From the human T2T-CHM13v2.0 reference genome, Homo sapiens, in the NCBI RefSeq assembly GCF_009914755.1, contig NC_060937.1: a stretch of DNA of 64,000 nt; one strand, given 5' to 3'. Both the position numbers and the translations under genes were made by a program. Shown one piece after another: positions 1 through 11,620 of this stretch. The stretch's first letter is position 1, and every line of letters begins with the position of its first letter. The notes under the pieces are model-generated. The model saw only the letters and a list, made by a program, of their open reading frames with translations, had not been told where the DNA came from and made no database searches.

Positions 1-395
1 GGCAAGATATTGACTTTGCTGTGGATGAGAATGGATTGTGGGTTATTTATTCAACTGAAGCCAGCACTGGTAACATGGTGATTAGTAAACTCAATGACAC
101 CACACTTCAGGTGCTAAACACTTGGTATACCAAGCAGTATAAACCATCTGCTTCTAACGCCTTCATGGTATGTGGGGTTCTGTATGCCACCCGTACTATG
201 AACACCAGAACAGAAGAGATTTTTTACTATTATGACACAAACACAGGGAAAGAGGGCAAACTAGACATTGTAATGCATAAGATGCAGGAAAAAGTGCAGA
301 GCATTAACTATAACCCTTTTGACCAGAAACTTTATGTCTATAACGATGGTTACCTTCTGAATTATGATCTTTCTGTCTTGCAGAAGCCCCAGTAA
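1..395 (+). CDS. OLFM4: Olfactomedin 4, 3' part of last coding exon (5'-partial; reading frame starts at position 3)
   Basis: Frame from position 3 reads [30 protein letters not shown]...[13 protein letters not shown]...[30 protein letters not shown]. It carries the olfactomedin hallmark motifs [24 protein letters not shown] and YNP..LYVYNDG. The C-terminus SVLQKPQ matches human OLFM4 as I recall it. Stop TAA at 393-395; the GTG at 21 in the ORF track is not a real start. Confidence 0.97.
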   Translation, partial: QDIDFAVDENGLWVIYSTEASTGNMVISKLNDTTLQVLNTWYTKQYKPSASNAFMVCGVLYATRTMNTRTEEIFYYYDTNTGKEGKLDIVMHKMQEKVQSINYNPFDQKLYVYNDGYLLNYDLSVLQKPQ

Positions 396-1680
396 GCTGT
401 TTAGGAGTTAGGGTGAAAGAGAAAATGTTTGTTGAAAAAATAGTCTTCTCCACTTACTTAGATATCTGCAGGGGTGTCTAAAAGTGTGTTCATTTTGCAG
501 CAATGTTTAGGTGCATAGTTCTACCACACTAGAGATCTAGGACATTTGTCTTGATTTGGTGAGTTCTCTTGGGAATCATCTGCCTCTTCAGGCGCATTTT
601 GCAATAAAGTCTGTCTAGGGTGGGATTGTCAGAGGTCTAGGGGCACTGTGGGCCTAGTGAAGCCTACTGTGAGGAGGCTTCACTAGAAGCCTTAAATTAG
701 GAATTAAGGAACTTAAAACTCAGTATGGCGTCTAGGGATTCTTTGTACAGGAAATATTGCCCAATGACTAGTCCTCATCCATGTAGCACCACTAATTCTT
801 CCATGCCTGGAAGAAACCTGGGGACTTAGTTAGGTAGATTAATATCTGGAGCTCCTCGAGGGACCAAATCTCCAACTTTTTTTTCCCCTCACTAGCACCT
901 GGAATGATGCTTTGTATGTGGCAGATAAGTAAATTTGGCATGCTTATATATTCTACATCTGTAAAGTGCTGAGTTTTATGGAGAGAGGCCTTTTTATGCA
1001 TTAAATTGTACATGGCAAATAAATCCCAGAAGGATCTGTAGATGAGGCACCTGCTTTTTCTTTTCTCTCATTGTCCACCTTACTAAAAGTCAGTAGAATC
1101 TTCTACCTCATAACTTCCTTCCAAAGGCAGCTCAGAAGATTAGAACCAGACTTACTAACCAATTCCACCCCCCACCAACCCCCTTCTACTGCCTACTTTA
1201 AAAAAATTAATAGTTTTCTATGGAACTGATCTAAGATTAGAAAAATTAATTTTCTTTAATTTCATTATGGACTTTTATTTACATGACTCTAAGACTATAA
1301 GAAAATCTGATGGCAGTGACAAAGTGCTAGCATTTATTGTTATCTAATAAAGACCTTGGAGCATATGTGCAACTTATGAGTGTATCAGTTGTTGCATGTA
1401 ATTTTTGCCTTTGTTTAAGCCTGGAACTTGTAAGAAAATGAAAATTTAATTTTTTTTTCTAGGACGAGCTATAGAAAAGCTATTGAGAGTATCTAGTTAA
1501 TCAGTGCAGTAGTTGGAAACCTTGCTGGTGTATGTGATGTGCTTCTGTGCTTTTGAATGACTTTATCATCTAGTCTTTGTCTATTTTTCCTTTGATGTTC
1601 AAGTCCTAGTCTATAGGATTGGCAGTTTAAATGCTTTACTCCCCCTTTTAAAATAAATGATTAAAATGTGCTTTGAAAAA
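396..1680 (+). other. OLFM4: OLFM4 3' UTR
   Basis: Follows the stop codon, has no recognisable interspersed repeat, is AU-rich, and ends shortly after AATAAA (1652-1657) ahead of a U-rich tract. Confidence 0.85.
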
Positions 1681-1720
1681 AGTCATCTTTTGTTTTATTT
1701 CATTTTAATTTTTTTTTAAA
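1652..1720 (+). terminator. Terminal poly(A) signal and downstream U-rich element of OLFM4
   Basis: AATAAA at 1652-1657, ATTAAA at 1660-1665, A-run at 1676-1681, then TCTTTTGTTTTATTTCATTTTAATTTTTTTTT (1686-1717). Confidence 0.8.
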
Positions 1721-2759
1721 GCTCTTAACAGGGTAGTCCATATCTTGCTATGAGGTTGGGAGAATGGCTACCTCCCAAACACTAGTGCGGGGAGATTGCA
1801 CACCTAACAACAGATCACATCAATAACTTTTATAAGAGCCCAGAGTTAGGCTGGCTCTTTCATTTTTCTTTCCCTTTAAAATCCACTCTTTCTGGCAGCT
1901 TTTATTGTACATGACTGCCCTATTATCTTTTGGGATATGACCTTATGTACTTATTAATTTGCATGACTGATCTGATTATTTCCAATGCTAGACTACATTT
2001 ATGTAGCTTATGTTCCTTTTCCAATTGAGCTATGAACATGGATCAGAAGCCTCTGGATCTTCCCCAGACAGGAGGACTTGGGCAGAAAGCAAAAGGACTA
2101 ACTGGCTATACCAGGAAGAGAAGTACCTTTACCAAAGAGAATATGTAAGAAGACAGGTGACCTAGAGCTGGAAGGACACAGTGGACTGATGTAGTTAGTC
2201 TTACTGAAATGCTCATTTTGGATCCTTGCCAAACTTTTTGAGACAGATGGCAGCTATAATATTTAGTATTTTAGTAAGATTTTTCCCTATCTCTTCAGGG
2301 CTGAGTGTAGAGACAGGTATGCCCTTCAAAATGCAACAAGATATGAAGATAAAGACATGTATGTCATGTGAGATACAAGTTAAAAACCAGGATGTTATAT
2401 TTAATCTGGCTCTAGGCAGTTTTCCAGATCAATGTTTTGTACCAAGTACACAGTATGACCTCTGAAGATTCAGGAAAGGAGGCAGGAAGCCAAGGTAACC
2501 CTAGCAATCAGCTTCTTATTTGAACTGCTACAGAAGCATTTGCCTGAAAAAATTCACTTCCCAGCCTCTTTCTCACTGGACGTGGTGTATCAGCCTGCAG
2601 TGGCTGCCTGCAGGAAATCTCCCTGCAGGGAAGGTTGAAGGACTCAGGGATTCAGGCTCCTGGGTTTACCGCAGTGCAGTTACACAATGGGAAATTTAGC
2701 TCCAGATTCATCAGCTACTGCCTGTTTTGAAATTTACATATATATATTATAAACATAAA

Positions 2760-3045
2760 TTACATAAGGTATAATTCACATGTGGTAAAACTTGCCAGTT
2801 TTAAGTGCACAATTCAATGAGTTTTGACAAGTGTATAGTCATGTAAAGGCTACCACAATTAGGACATAAAACACTTCCATCCTCCCTGAAATGTTCTCTT
2901 GTGTTTTTTTTATAGACAACTCTTACCCCCACCCTCCAGTCTCTGGCCACCACTGATCTGTTTCCTATACCTACGGCTTTGCTTTTTCCCCAAAGTCATG
3001 GACATGGAATTATATAGTGAATAGGCTTTTGAATCTGCCTTCTTC
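2760..3045 (-). mobile_element. Old L1M (L1MB-like) 3'-end fragment
   Basis: ATAATTCACAT...TTTTAAGTGCACAATTCAATGAGTTTTGACAA...CCACTGATCTGTTTCC...ATGGAATTATATAG resembles the antisense L1MB 3' UTR. Confidence 0.7.
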
Positions 3046-3377
3046 AACAAGGGAATTAGTCGGTTCAAATTACCCCAGAGGAGAACTGGGCATTACTAAT
3101 GCTCTTGGGGTTCCCTGCATTGTTTACTATCTTTCCTGGGGTTGGATAGGGGATTACGGAGAGCTGTGGTGACCTACTGCCCTTATAAGTGTTCCTGAGT
3201 GGCCTCTAGGGCCATGGGAGGGGTCTAAATCTGTGTACCAATCAAACCTACCAGGCAGCGCTCCCAAAGCATGAGGGTTTCTTGTTACCAGGCTTGTTGA
3301 AGGTTTGTTCTCCAATCTTTACTCCTGTACCACAAGCATCCCTACCCAGGTGAGACTGTATATTAATTAACATTGCA

Positions 3378-3600
3378 TAGAGTGGTCATGGGCACAGGAT
3401 TCAGAGTCATGCAAAAATGGATTTGACTCTTGGTCCTACTACTTGCATATGGTATGGTTTTGGGAAGGTGCCTTAACTTTTCTGAGACTCAGTGTCTTTT
3501 TCTGTAAGGTGGAATAAAACCACCTACTTTACAGTCCTCTTGGGTAAATGAAATGATATTAAGTTTATAAAGTGTCTAGGAAAGTCCTTGGCCCATGCTC
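3378..3600 (+). mobile_element. MIR SINE
   Basis: MIR core-like TTGGGAAGGTGCCTTAACTTTTCTGAGACTCAGTGTCTTTTTCTGTAAGGTGGAATAA. Confidence 0.7.
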
Positions 3601-4854
3601 TGCCCTTTATGATGAGTTTTTAATCCCAGTTTCTCATTTTGAATTTTAGGTTCAGAATAGGCATTGGGTTGACAAGATATAAAGCTAACTGGGATTCAAG
3701 TTTACATTTCCCCTTATAATGGCTGTTGCAACTAGTGACTTTTTGAAGCAGGTGCCATTTTGGCATGAAAGAGTTCCAAAGGCTAGAACATCCTCTCTTG
3801 GTCCTCGACTCCAAGATTGATCCTCAGAGCTGATATTTTCTATGCTTTGACTCCAAAAGATTGACCAATGTGAGCAGCAGAAACAAAGCCTGTTTCCCAT
3901 TTCTTTTGGGCCACTGACAACCTAAACGAAGGCTGGCTGTCATGAAGCCCTATGGATAAGACTCAAATAAATGCATATGATTTCTACTCTCTTTGCTGTA
4001 GTCAATATGGGTATTGGCCTTTTCAGAACATGCATGGGTACTTACTTTGTACTCTGCTTTTAGTAAAATATATTTACCTCTTAAGGTTTGTTTATATCAC
4101 CAACCTAAAGAGTCTACTTTTCTCCCCTTCTTGTTCATGAACCATTGAAAGGGAGAGCTTCACCCTCTGTCCTGTGACTGTGTGGGCTGCCTTCAGGATG
4201 ATGTTGGGAGGTTCTGTGCCTGAGCCTTCAATCATCTCAAACAGATGTCATGCCATGGGAGGGTGATTAGCATCCTGTGCTCCAGAATGTTCCGGAACAA
4301 CAAAAGAGTAAATTGTGACACATCAGAAAATAAAAGGCAGGCACATTTCTAAGGCATGCTCTTAGTCAGTGGAACAGACCAGCTGGCCTGGCTCGTGGGT
4401 AAGAGATGCTATTTGAGCTGTCAGTTCAGTTGCCAGGCCCCACATCTGTAGCTCGGGATGTTCCCACTTGTCTCTGAGATCTGCATCTGTTCCTGGAACT
4501 TATTCAGGGGGAATAGCCCTTGGAATCAAGGTCGAGTAGGGAAAGATGGCCTTCAGTTTGTCCAAAGGGGAGATTTCTTGGGTGGCACCCTGAACCTCTT
4601 GGAACCAAAAGTTCTGCTAGTAGAATGGCTTCTCAGACCTTGGCTGCTCCGAGGACTGTTAAGGAAAGACCTATGGTGTGTATGAGGACTTCCAAGGGGT
4701 TTTTCTAGAGCTCAGTGTATGTGGAGGGTGGCAGAGGATGGGTATGAAAGAATGAATAGGGCCCAGGGTTTATATACCATCAAAGGAGTTTGATTTCTGT
4801 ATCTCCATCCATCAAATTTATAGTAACTTCAACTTTCTCAAGTCTTCTCTTTTT

Positions 4855-4998
4855 TCCCTAGCTTTACTGAGGTAAAACTGACAAACAAAAATTGTATATA
4901 TTCAAGGTATACAACATGATACTTTGATATATGTATTCACTGTGAAATAATTGCCATCACTAAGTGAATTAACACATCAATTGCCTCACATAGTTAAC
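4855..4998 (-). mobile_element. L1MA-like 3'-end fragment
   Basis: AGCTTTACTGAGGTAAAACTGACAAACAAAAATTGTATATATTCAAGGTATACAACATGAT is typical of L1MA 3' ends in antisense. Confidence 0.7.
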
Positions 4999-5394
4999 CA
5001 AATCTCTTCTTTTTTTAGATTTTGCCAACTCATGTGTTCTTTTTGGTTGTGACCAACAATATTTTTATATCAATGTTACCCATGATTTTCTCTTTCACCT
5101 TGGTGGCTGTTGTCAGGGTTCGGTGTAAGAACAGAAACAACATCTTTTAACTGGAGCTGCTAACTGCTCTATTAGATAAATCTCACTGTCTCAGTGACTT
5201 GGCATAAGTGGGTTTTTTTTTTCTCCCTCACTTCAGTGACCCCTGCTCTCATCATTTTGTCCTTGGTCATTGCTTCTTTTAGTATCTCTCTCATCCCAAC
5301 ACCCTTTTCCCCCCTCATTCCCCAGTTGTGGTTTTGTCTGGTGCTGCCACGATGGGAGAGAGCTTCTCTTCCAAGGTGACTCTCTTCCAAGCAG

Positions 5395-6150
5395 TGAGTC
5401 AGGGATCCAGGCTATTTCCATCTTGTGTTATCACCATCTCCACCTATAGCTTCCAAGATTACTGTGCTCATCTGCATCAAGCAGCTAGAAAGGAAAAGAC
5501 TGTGAAGAAGCCTATGTGAGAGGTTGGTTTAGGTTTGATCTGAAAGGTTCGTTTCTGCACACAATCCATTAGCATAGGGTCATGCCTAGCTGCAAGGAAG
5601 GCTGGGAAACATATAGTTGATGGGTGCACAGGAGAAAACAAAATAGGTTGGTGAGCAGCCAGCCAGTCTACCTTACCACTGTAGGTATTGCAAGAAGAAA
5701 AGGATTTAATACAGAGAATCAGGTGCTTACAAAATCACTGGAAAGGCTGAAGGTGCAGGGCAACTAGGGGCTGCAATTTAACAGCTGGCTTTGAGGTCAC
5801 TTTACTACCTATAACCTAGAAATCAAGAAACTGCATCTGCTGCTACCGTTGGGGTGTCATCCCCACATCCCCCAAACTGGACCAGATGATGGACTATGGA
5901 CTCTATTTGCCACAAGCACTCATCTCTGCTTGTGCTCACCTATCCACCCCACTCCCTTCCACAGTAAGCCTTCCACCTTTCAAATCTAATGTAAGTGGAT
6001 CTCATGGACTGAATCTAAAATCACCCTGAACTGTGTCTACAGAGGAGCCTGGGAAATGTAGTTTTAATCTTTCTTCCCCTGTGACACAGTGAAAATGAGA
6101 GGAAAGGTTGAAAATTGATGCCAGTGCCAATAGACAATACCTGGCACAAC
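5395..6150. mobile_element. Degraded ERVL/MaLR LTR fragments (MLT1J/K-like, then LTR33-like)
   Basis: CAGGGATCCAGGCTATTTCCATCTTGTG...CCTAGCTGCAAGGAAGGCTGGGAAA and GGATTTAATACAGAGAATCAGGTGCTTACAAAA...GGAGCCTGGGAAATGTAGTTTT. Confidence 0.5.
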
Positions 6151-6339
6151 AACTTCATTCAGTAACCCCTGTTTTCATCATTGCTGCTGCTTGGTGATTG
6201 CTTCTTTTAGCACCTAATGTATCCCCTGGTCATTTGTCACTATTTTATTTTATAATGCTCACACTCCAGTGGTAGCTTAGCCTGATACCACCATAATGGG
6301 GGAGAGTTTCTCCTCCAACAGTAAACCTTTCAAACAAAC

Positions 6340-6654
6340 TTTTTTTTTTTTTTTCAGATGGATTCTTGCTCTGTCACCCAGACTGAAGTGCAGTGGTGCG
6401 ATCTCGGCTCACAGCAACTTCCGCCTCCAAGGTTCAAACAATTCTCCTGCCTCAGCCTCCTGAGTAGCTGGGATTGCAGGCATGTGCCTCCATACTTGGC
6501 TAATTTTTTTTTTTTGTATTTTTAGGCGAGGCAGGGTTTTGTCATGTTGGCCAGGCTGGTCTTGAACTCCTGACCTCAGGCAATCCTCCCACCTCAGCCT
6601 CCTGGGCTCAGTGGTTCATGCTGGGATTATGGGTATGAGCCACTGCACCTGGCC
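6340..6654 (-). mobile_element. Alu (AluS-type), full length, with an anomalous 18-nt internal replacement
   Basis: Poly-T at 6340-6354, both arms present, ends CACTGCACCTGGCC. Degenerate TSD CAAACAAACTTT / CAAATGAACTTT. Confidence 0.95.
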
Positions 6655-6840
6655 CCAAATGAACTTTTGAAGAGGAGCTGGGCTTTACAATTTATAGCCC
6701 CTCCCCGAGACTTCATCAGAGTCACATGGCACCACGTGGCGAATTTCTCTCCGGTGATCCATCAGTGTCCTAGGAGAGCTTCAGGCCCCTCAATTCTTTT
6801 TTGTCTCTGGGTAAGAATCTCTTCTGTTTCTGGGTAGAAC

Positions 6841-7455
6841 TGAAGTGGTTTTGTTGTCTGGGGCAATACCCAAGGTTCGCTGTCTCACACCGAGGAAATC
6901 AAGGATGTGGACACACAAGAAGTGAGGTTAAGGGTGGAGATGTAATAGGTGAAAGAAAGAGAAAAGCTCTCTCCTGCAGAGAGAGGGGTCCCAAGCAGGT
7001 TTTCTACTTCTGCAGTGAAAAGCAGTGGATTTTATAGATGAGCTTGAGGAGGCAGTGTCTGATTTACATAGGGCATGAAAGATTGGTTGGACCACGTGTG
7101 CCATTTGCATAGGGTGTGGAAAGCTGGCCTAATCTTTTATTATGCAGATGGGTTCTCTACCTGGCCAGCACCATGTTGCCTGTTTCTTTACTGTGCACAT
7201 GGTGACAAAGAAAAGGAAGATGGAGCCTCCATGTTGAACATACCTGGCCCTCAGGTAGTCCTTTTCTATTGGCACAGCTGCCGGCATTCCCCTGTGCAGG
7301 TTTCCAGCTTGCTTATCTATGTCTACAGCTCGATTTTTCAGGCTGCTCTTTGTTAGAAAAGAAATGATTTTGGGGTTGCTTTTTTTGTTAAAAGGAAAAT
7401 TCTGCCAAAGGCTCTTTTATCCTATCTGCCTAAATAATTTCTATCTCCTGTATCA
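6841..7455 (-). mobile_element. ERV1 solo LTR (LTR9/MER61-like)
   Basis: TG...CA termini, 4-bp TSD GAAC (6837-6840 and 7456-7459), 615 bp. Reverse complement begins TGATACAGGAGATAGAAATTATTTAGGCAGATAG. Confidence 0.85.
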
Positions 7456-9096
7456 GAACCACCCAGAAGCTTCCAGAATTTGGAATATCCCATACCCCCT
7501 ATTTTCTCCTGTTCATCATCCCTGAAATACTGGCTGAAACTTTTCCCAGGAAGAATTATGGGGTTATTTGGCCAACAGGTTACTGCTCTTGGGAGGTGAC
7601 AGTGCAGAGGGGGACCCTGGGGTCTTCCACAGTCCCTCATCTCCACCTGAAGAGCATCCTGACAAGTTATGGTAGTTTTCTTATTCTTTCAAATGATACC
7701 ACGCAGTTCATCAGTTTTCTCAGAACGATTCTTGGTGGAGCTGCACTACACTGAGTTTTACAGCCCCACTGAGATGATCTGTTGCTTGCTGGAGCCTGGG
7801 TGGCAGATTTTCTAGCAGGATCTGAGAAGTCAATGAGTGAAGGCAGAACTGCCCTGGAGAGGAGGAATTCTGGCAGCATAAGCTCAGGGAATTAGTTTGG
7901 GAAAGAAAGTTTGTAATAACAGTGTTCTAGTTCCTGCTGAATAAAACATTCAGAGAGCTTTTCTTCTCCCAGCAGAAAAATAAAATACTCTGGAGGCAAT
8001 AGGATAGTTGTTCTTTTTAAATGTTGTTTTTCATAAAACTCAGATGGTTGCAGTCATCTGACCATGACACTGTTCTCCCTCCTTCTCCTGCACTGGGCAT
8101 CTTGTGGGTGTGTGTGAGGGAACATGTCCTGGGGCTGTATCATGGTTCTCTCATTTAAGCAGATGGAGAAACAGCCATTTAAATGAATAGGGCATGAGCC
8201 CAGAGAAGGTATAACCAGCTGCAAACAGACCAGTAACTATGGTTGTTACACATCTGGTGGGTAGTTCTATAGCGAAGCAGATAATGGGACTGGTATTTAA
8301 ATGGCCATTAGTAGACTCTGACTCTGCACCCAATCAAGAAGTACCCTGGAAGCTCTCTCTCAGTGCCGCTCTGCTGTCATTTGGCTGCAGATTGGGCCAG
8401 CAGCAGAGCTCTGGTCTGCATGGCTGCCATCATTGCCGACGGGGAGAAACTTCATTTTTGTCGTACTGAAATAGGGGATTCTGGAGTGGGCCCCCAACAT
8501 CCGTGAGGCATCGCAGAGTTGTGCGTCCTGTGGCCCTCTCCTGCACAGGTGAGAGTGCCAGCTTGGCAATCATGCACCTCCGGCGTCTGTCTCTCATCAA
8601 CCTTGTATCGATAAAGCTGTGAGCCAGTTAATCCCAGGGATTCAATTCGCATGAGTGCCAGGTTATTCCTTTTAAGCCCTCTGGCAAAGTGAAGAAGGGG
8701 GAGGTGCTTTTTCATTATGAAGGGGCCTCACAAGAGAACGGAGGCAGCCTCTGCCCACCTGGTGTACAATTCCGATTCCGTGGCTGCTGAGAGCCATTCC
8801 TTTGCCTCAGAGATTTGTTCACAGTTAAAATGCAAATATCTTTGGCAAAGAGAATTTATTCAGAATGCTTTTTAAAACTTGCCTGAAAAGTTTGAATAAT
8901 GAGGAGCATAAAGACTTTGAGGAAAGTGGAGCTTGGTATTGATGAGGAACATCTGGACAGTTTAAGGGAAAGGAAAATGAGACAGAAAGGTTGGAGAGAC
9001 ACCTTTTCCTACCTTTGCTGGGCCTCCTTTCTCCACCCCTTCTCAAGAAAAAACTCTTTTATTTCCCCTTGTTTTTCATGAGTATTAACAACAGCA

Positions 9097-9395
9097 GGTC
9101 GGGTGCAGTGGTTCATGTCTGTAATCCCAGCACTTTGGGAGGCAGAGGCGGGCGGATCACTTGAGTCCAGGAGTTGAAGACCAGATTGGGCAACATGGCA
9201 AAACCAAATCTCTATAAAGAATACAACAACAACAACAACAACAACAATTAGCCTGGCATGGTGGTGTATGCCTGTAGTCCCAGCTACTCATGAGGCTGAA
9301 GTGATAGGATTGCTTGAGCCCAGGAGGTCAAGGCTGCAGTGAGCCAAGATCACACCACTGCACTCTAGCCTGGGCAACAGTGAGACCTTGCCTCA
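9097..9395 (+). mobile_element. AluJ-type, with (CAA)8 linker and no poly(A) tail
   Basis: GGTCGGGTGCAGTGGTTCATGTCTGTAATCCCAGC...GGATTGCTTGAGCCCAGGAGGTCAAGGCTGCAGTGAG (J-type). (CAA)8 at 9224-9247. Ends GAGACCTTGCCTCA with no A-tail. Confidence 0.95.
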
Positions 9396-10074
9396 CTCTG
9401 TTCATGCTTGTTGTCCTGGTATAATTATTAATAGTGAGCACCTTTTACTCCCAGAAGGCTTCCAATTTGAACAATAAATCCTATAATCACGCTATTTATA
9501 GGCACCTCATAGAAAAAGGATATTTGTTTTGTCACTTGTTTCTCTCTTCCTTGCTTTTGGTCTGGTTTTGGGGAAGCTGCAAGGAGACACATGCTTCTAC
9601 CTTCACATAGCAATTCAGTGACAAATAGAAACATGAATCAAGTGGAAAAAAAAAAAAACCAAGGCAAGCCTAAAATACATCAAACTGCACCAAAAATGCA
9701 GATTGAAATGGAACACGTTGTCTGTGGGTCCCTGATTCCTCCTCAGGCCCCCGATGCTGGCTGTGATCACTGCTTAGCACTAAAGCCGCAGGCCTGGCAG
9801 CAGGGACAAGGCTTTGGAAAATGGCATGGCAGGCTAGTCTACTTGTGGCCCGTGGGCTGAATGGAACTTTTTTGGGGTACAATATGCTGAAGATGTGGCT
9901 GTGTGGTAGTGTAGATGCCCAGTGGGTTCTTGCCCACTGTCTAGACAGTAGGGGTATTGTGTGATGGAGGTACTCAAAGTAGGGGGAGGACAAAGTCATA
10001 TCTGCTTCCAGCACCAGCAAAGTGAAGGGTGATCACTCGTCCTGGCCTCTCTGTAGAAGAGGGACTTTGGAGAT

Positions 10075-10129
10075 ATGTGTACACACACATGCATGCATAC
10101 GCATGCACACATACACACACACACACACA
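10075..10129. repeat. Imperfect (CA)n/(CATG)n microsatellite
   Basis: ATGTGTACACACACATGCATGCATACGCATGCACACATACACACACACACACACA. Confidence 0.8.
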
Positions 10130-10169
10130 AAGCAGGCACTCAACATATGGGTGAGCTGATAGTATGACA

Positions 10170-10390
10170 TAGTGTAAATAGATCTGATTTTGGAGGCAAT
10201 CAAACCTGAGTTCAAATCCTCCCAGCTCCACAATTTATGAGCTGTGTTACCTTGGTCAAATTTCTTAAACACTCTGAGTCTCAGTTTCCTTTACTATGAA
10301 ATGTGGTAGTTGTGAGGGTTAACTGATATAATATATTCCAGTTTTTAGCACCGTGTCTGCCTCATAGGATGGTCAATAAACGTTAGTTTC
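10170..10390 (+). mobile_element. MIR SINE
   Basis: ACCTGAGTTCAAATCC...GCTGTGTTACCTTGGTCAAATTTCTTAAACACTCTGAGTCTCAGTTTCC...TCAATAAA. Confidence 0.8.
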
Positions 10391-11464
10391 CAATTTATCC
10401 TCATCCTGTCTTCCAGTTCTAGTACTTAAGAACCTTTAAGCGCAGCAGGGGGAGGCTTACACAAGAGAAAAATGTGCTGTCTTCTCGCCAAGGGAGTATG
10501 CCCACAGTCAACCTTTTATTTAGTTTCAGTTTTTATACCTATTACAGGCAGCATCCAGGTCTAGCCCCACTCATCCAACTTCATATATTCCGTAGGGCCT
10601 AGCATGGCCTGGCTCCCGGCTTACGAAATGGCAATTGTATGGCTGCTGAACAGAGGAATACAGTTGGGTAAAGAACAGGGAGTGTTTTGTTTACCGGAAA
10701 CCATGCAGCTCAGAGTTATGTTTTGATTCCTTGAAGTTCCTGCAGGTAGATCCTGTAGTGATTTAGCACGGGTGTTTGTCTTTCAGACACTGCTGAAGGC
10801 CTGCTCCTCTTTCTACTTCTTGCTATCCCCAAACAACAAGAGGGTAACAGGATCTGTCTCCCAGAAAACAGCCTGCTCTTGGCCTGTTACTATTGTGCAT
10901 CCTCTGGGTTTGGCCTTGACTCTCCTGTGTGCAACGCTGTGAGCAGAATATCAATTGGTGTAGAGGAGAAGCAAGCCAGGCACTGCCAGCCCAGAGCCTG
11001 CATTATCGGGGAGAAATCATGCTACATCACAGAAAATAACTTCTTTTTCTCACTTTATAAATTAGCTTGGCAATTTCTAGAATGATGAACCCTTAGGCTC
11101 ACAGATCGTGCTTGTGAAGAGTGGGGAAAAAGGAACCAGAATGCAATGCTCTTTGCAGTTCCAAAAAAGAAGCCTGGTGGGAATTACTCTGGCAATCCCT
11201 AGGGTACCCTATTCTCTACCCTCCCTGACTCCACTTTTTTCTCCTTAGTTGCACCCCTATTTTGGTTGCTCTATTGCAGAAAGCTTTGGCTAAGACATGG
11301 GATCTCAGTTGGGGCTTCCAGGCTGTGGAGAAGGGCGGGGACCCTGCTTTTTACAGGAGAAGGACCGTGCAAAATGCTAGATTCCTGTGCCTGATAGTCG
11401 ACTAGCCTTTTCAGATATGGGTTTATCCAGTATATTGATTTTGTCACAGAAGCATAAAAGCAGA

Positions 11465-11620
11465 GATAATCAGAGCTAGAAATGAACCAAAACATCATCT
11501 AGACTCACCCCTTTGCTCCATAGATAAGGAAATTGAGACCCAGAGAGGCTAAGTGACCTACCCAAGGTTTTCACACAGCTGACAGGTGGCCAGGCTGGGC
11601 TGGATCAGGAGCCTGGGTGG
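11465..11620 (-). mobile_element. MIR SINE
   Basis: ATAGATAAGGAAATTGAGACCCAGAGAGGCTAAGTGACCTACCCAAGG is the antisense MIR core. Confidence 0.75.

Noticed and set aside
10442-10455. CTCF-like motif GCAGCAGGGGGAGG
   Set aside because: It has mismatches at core positions and cannot be called without ChIP data.
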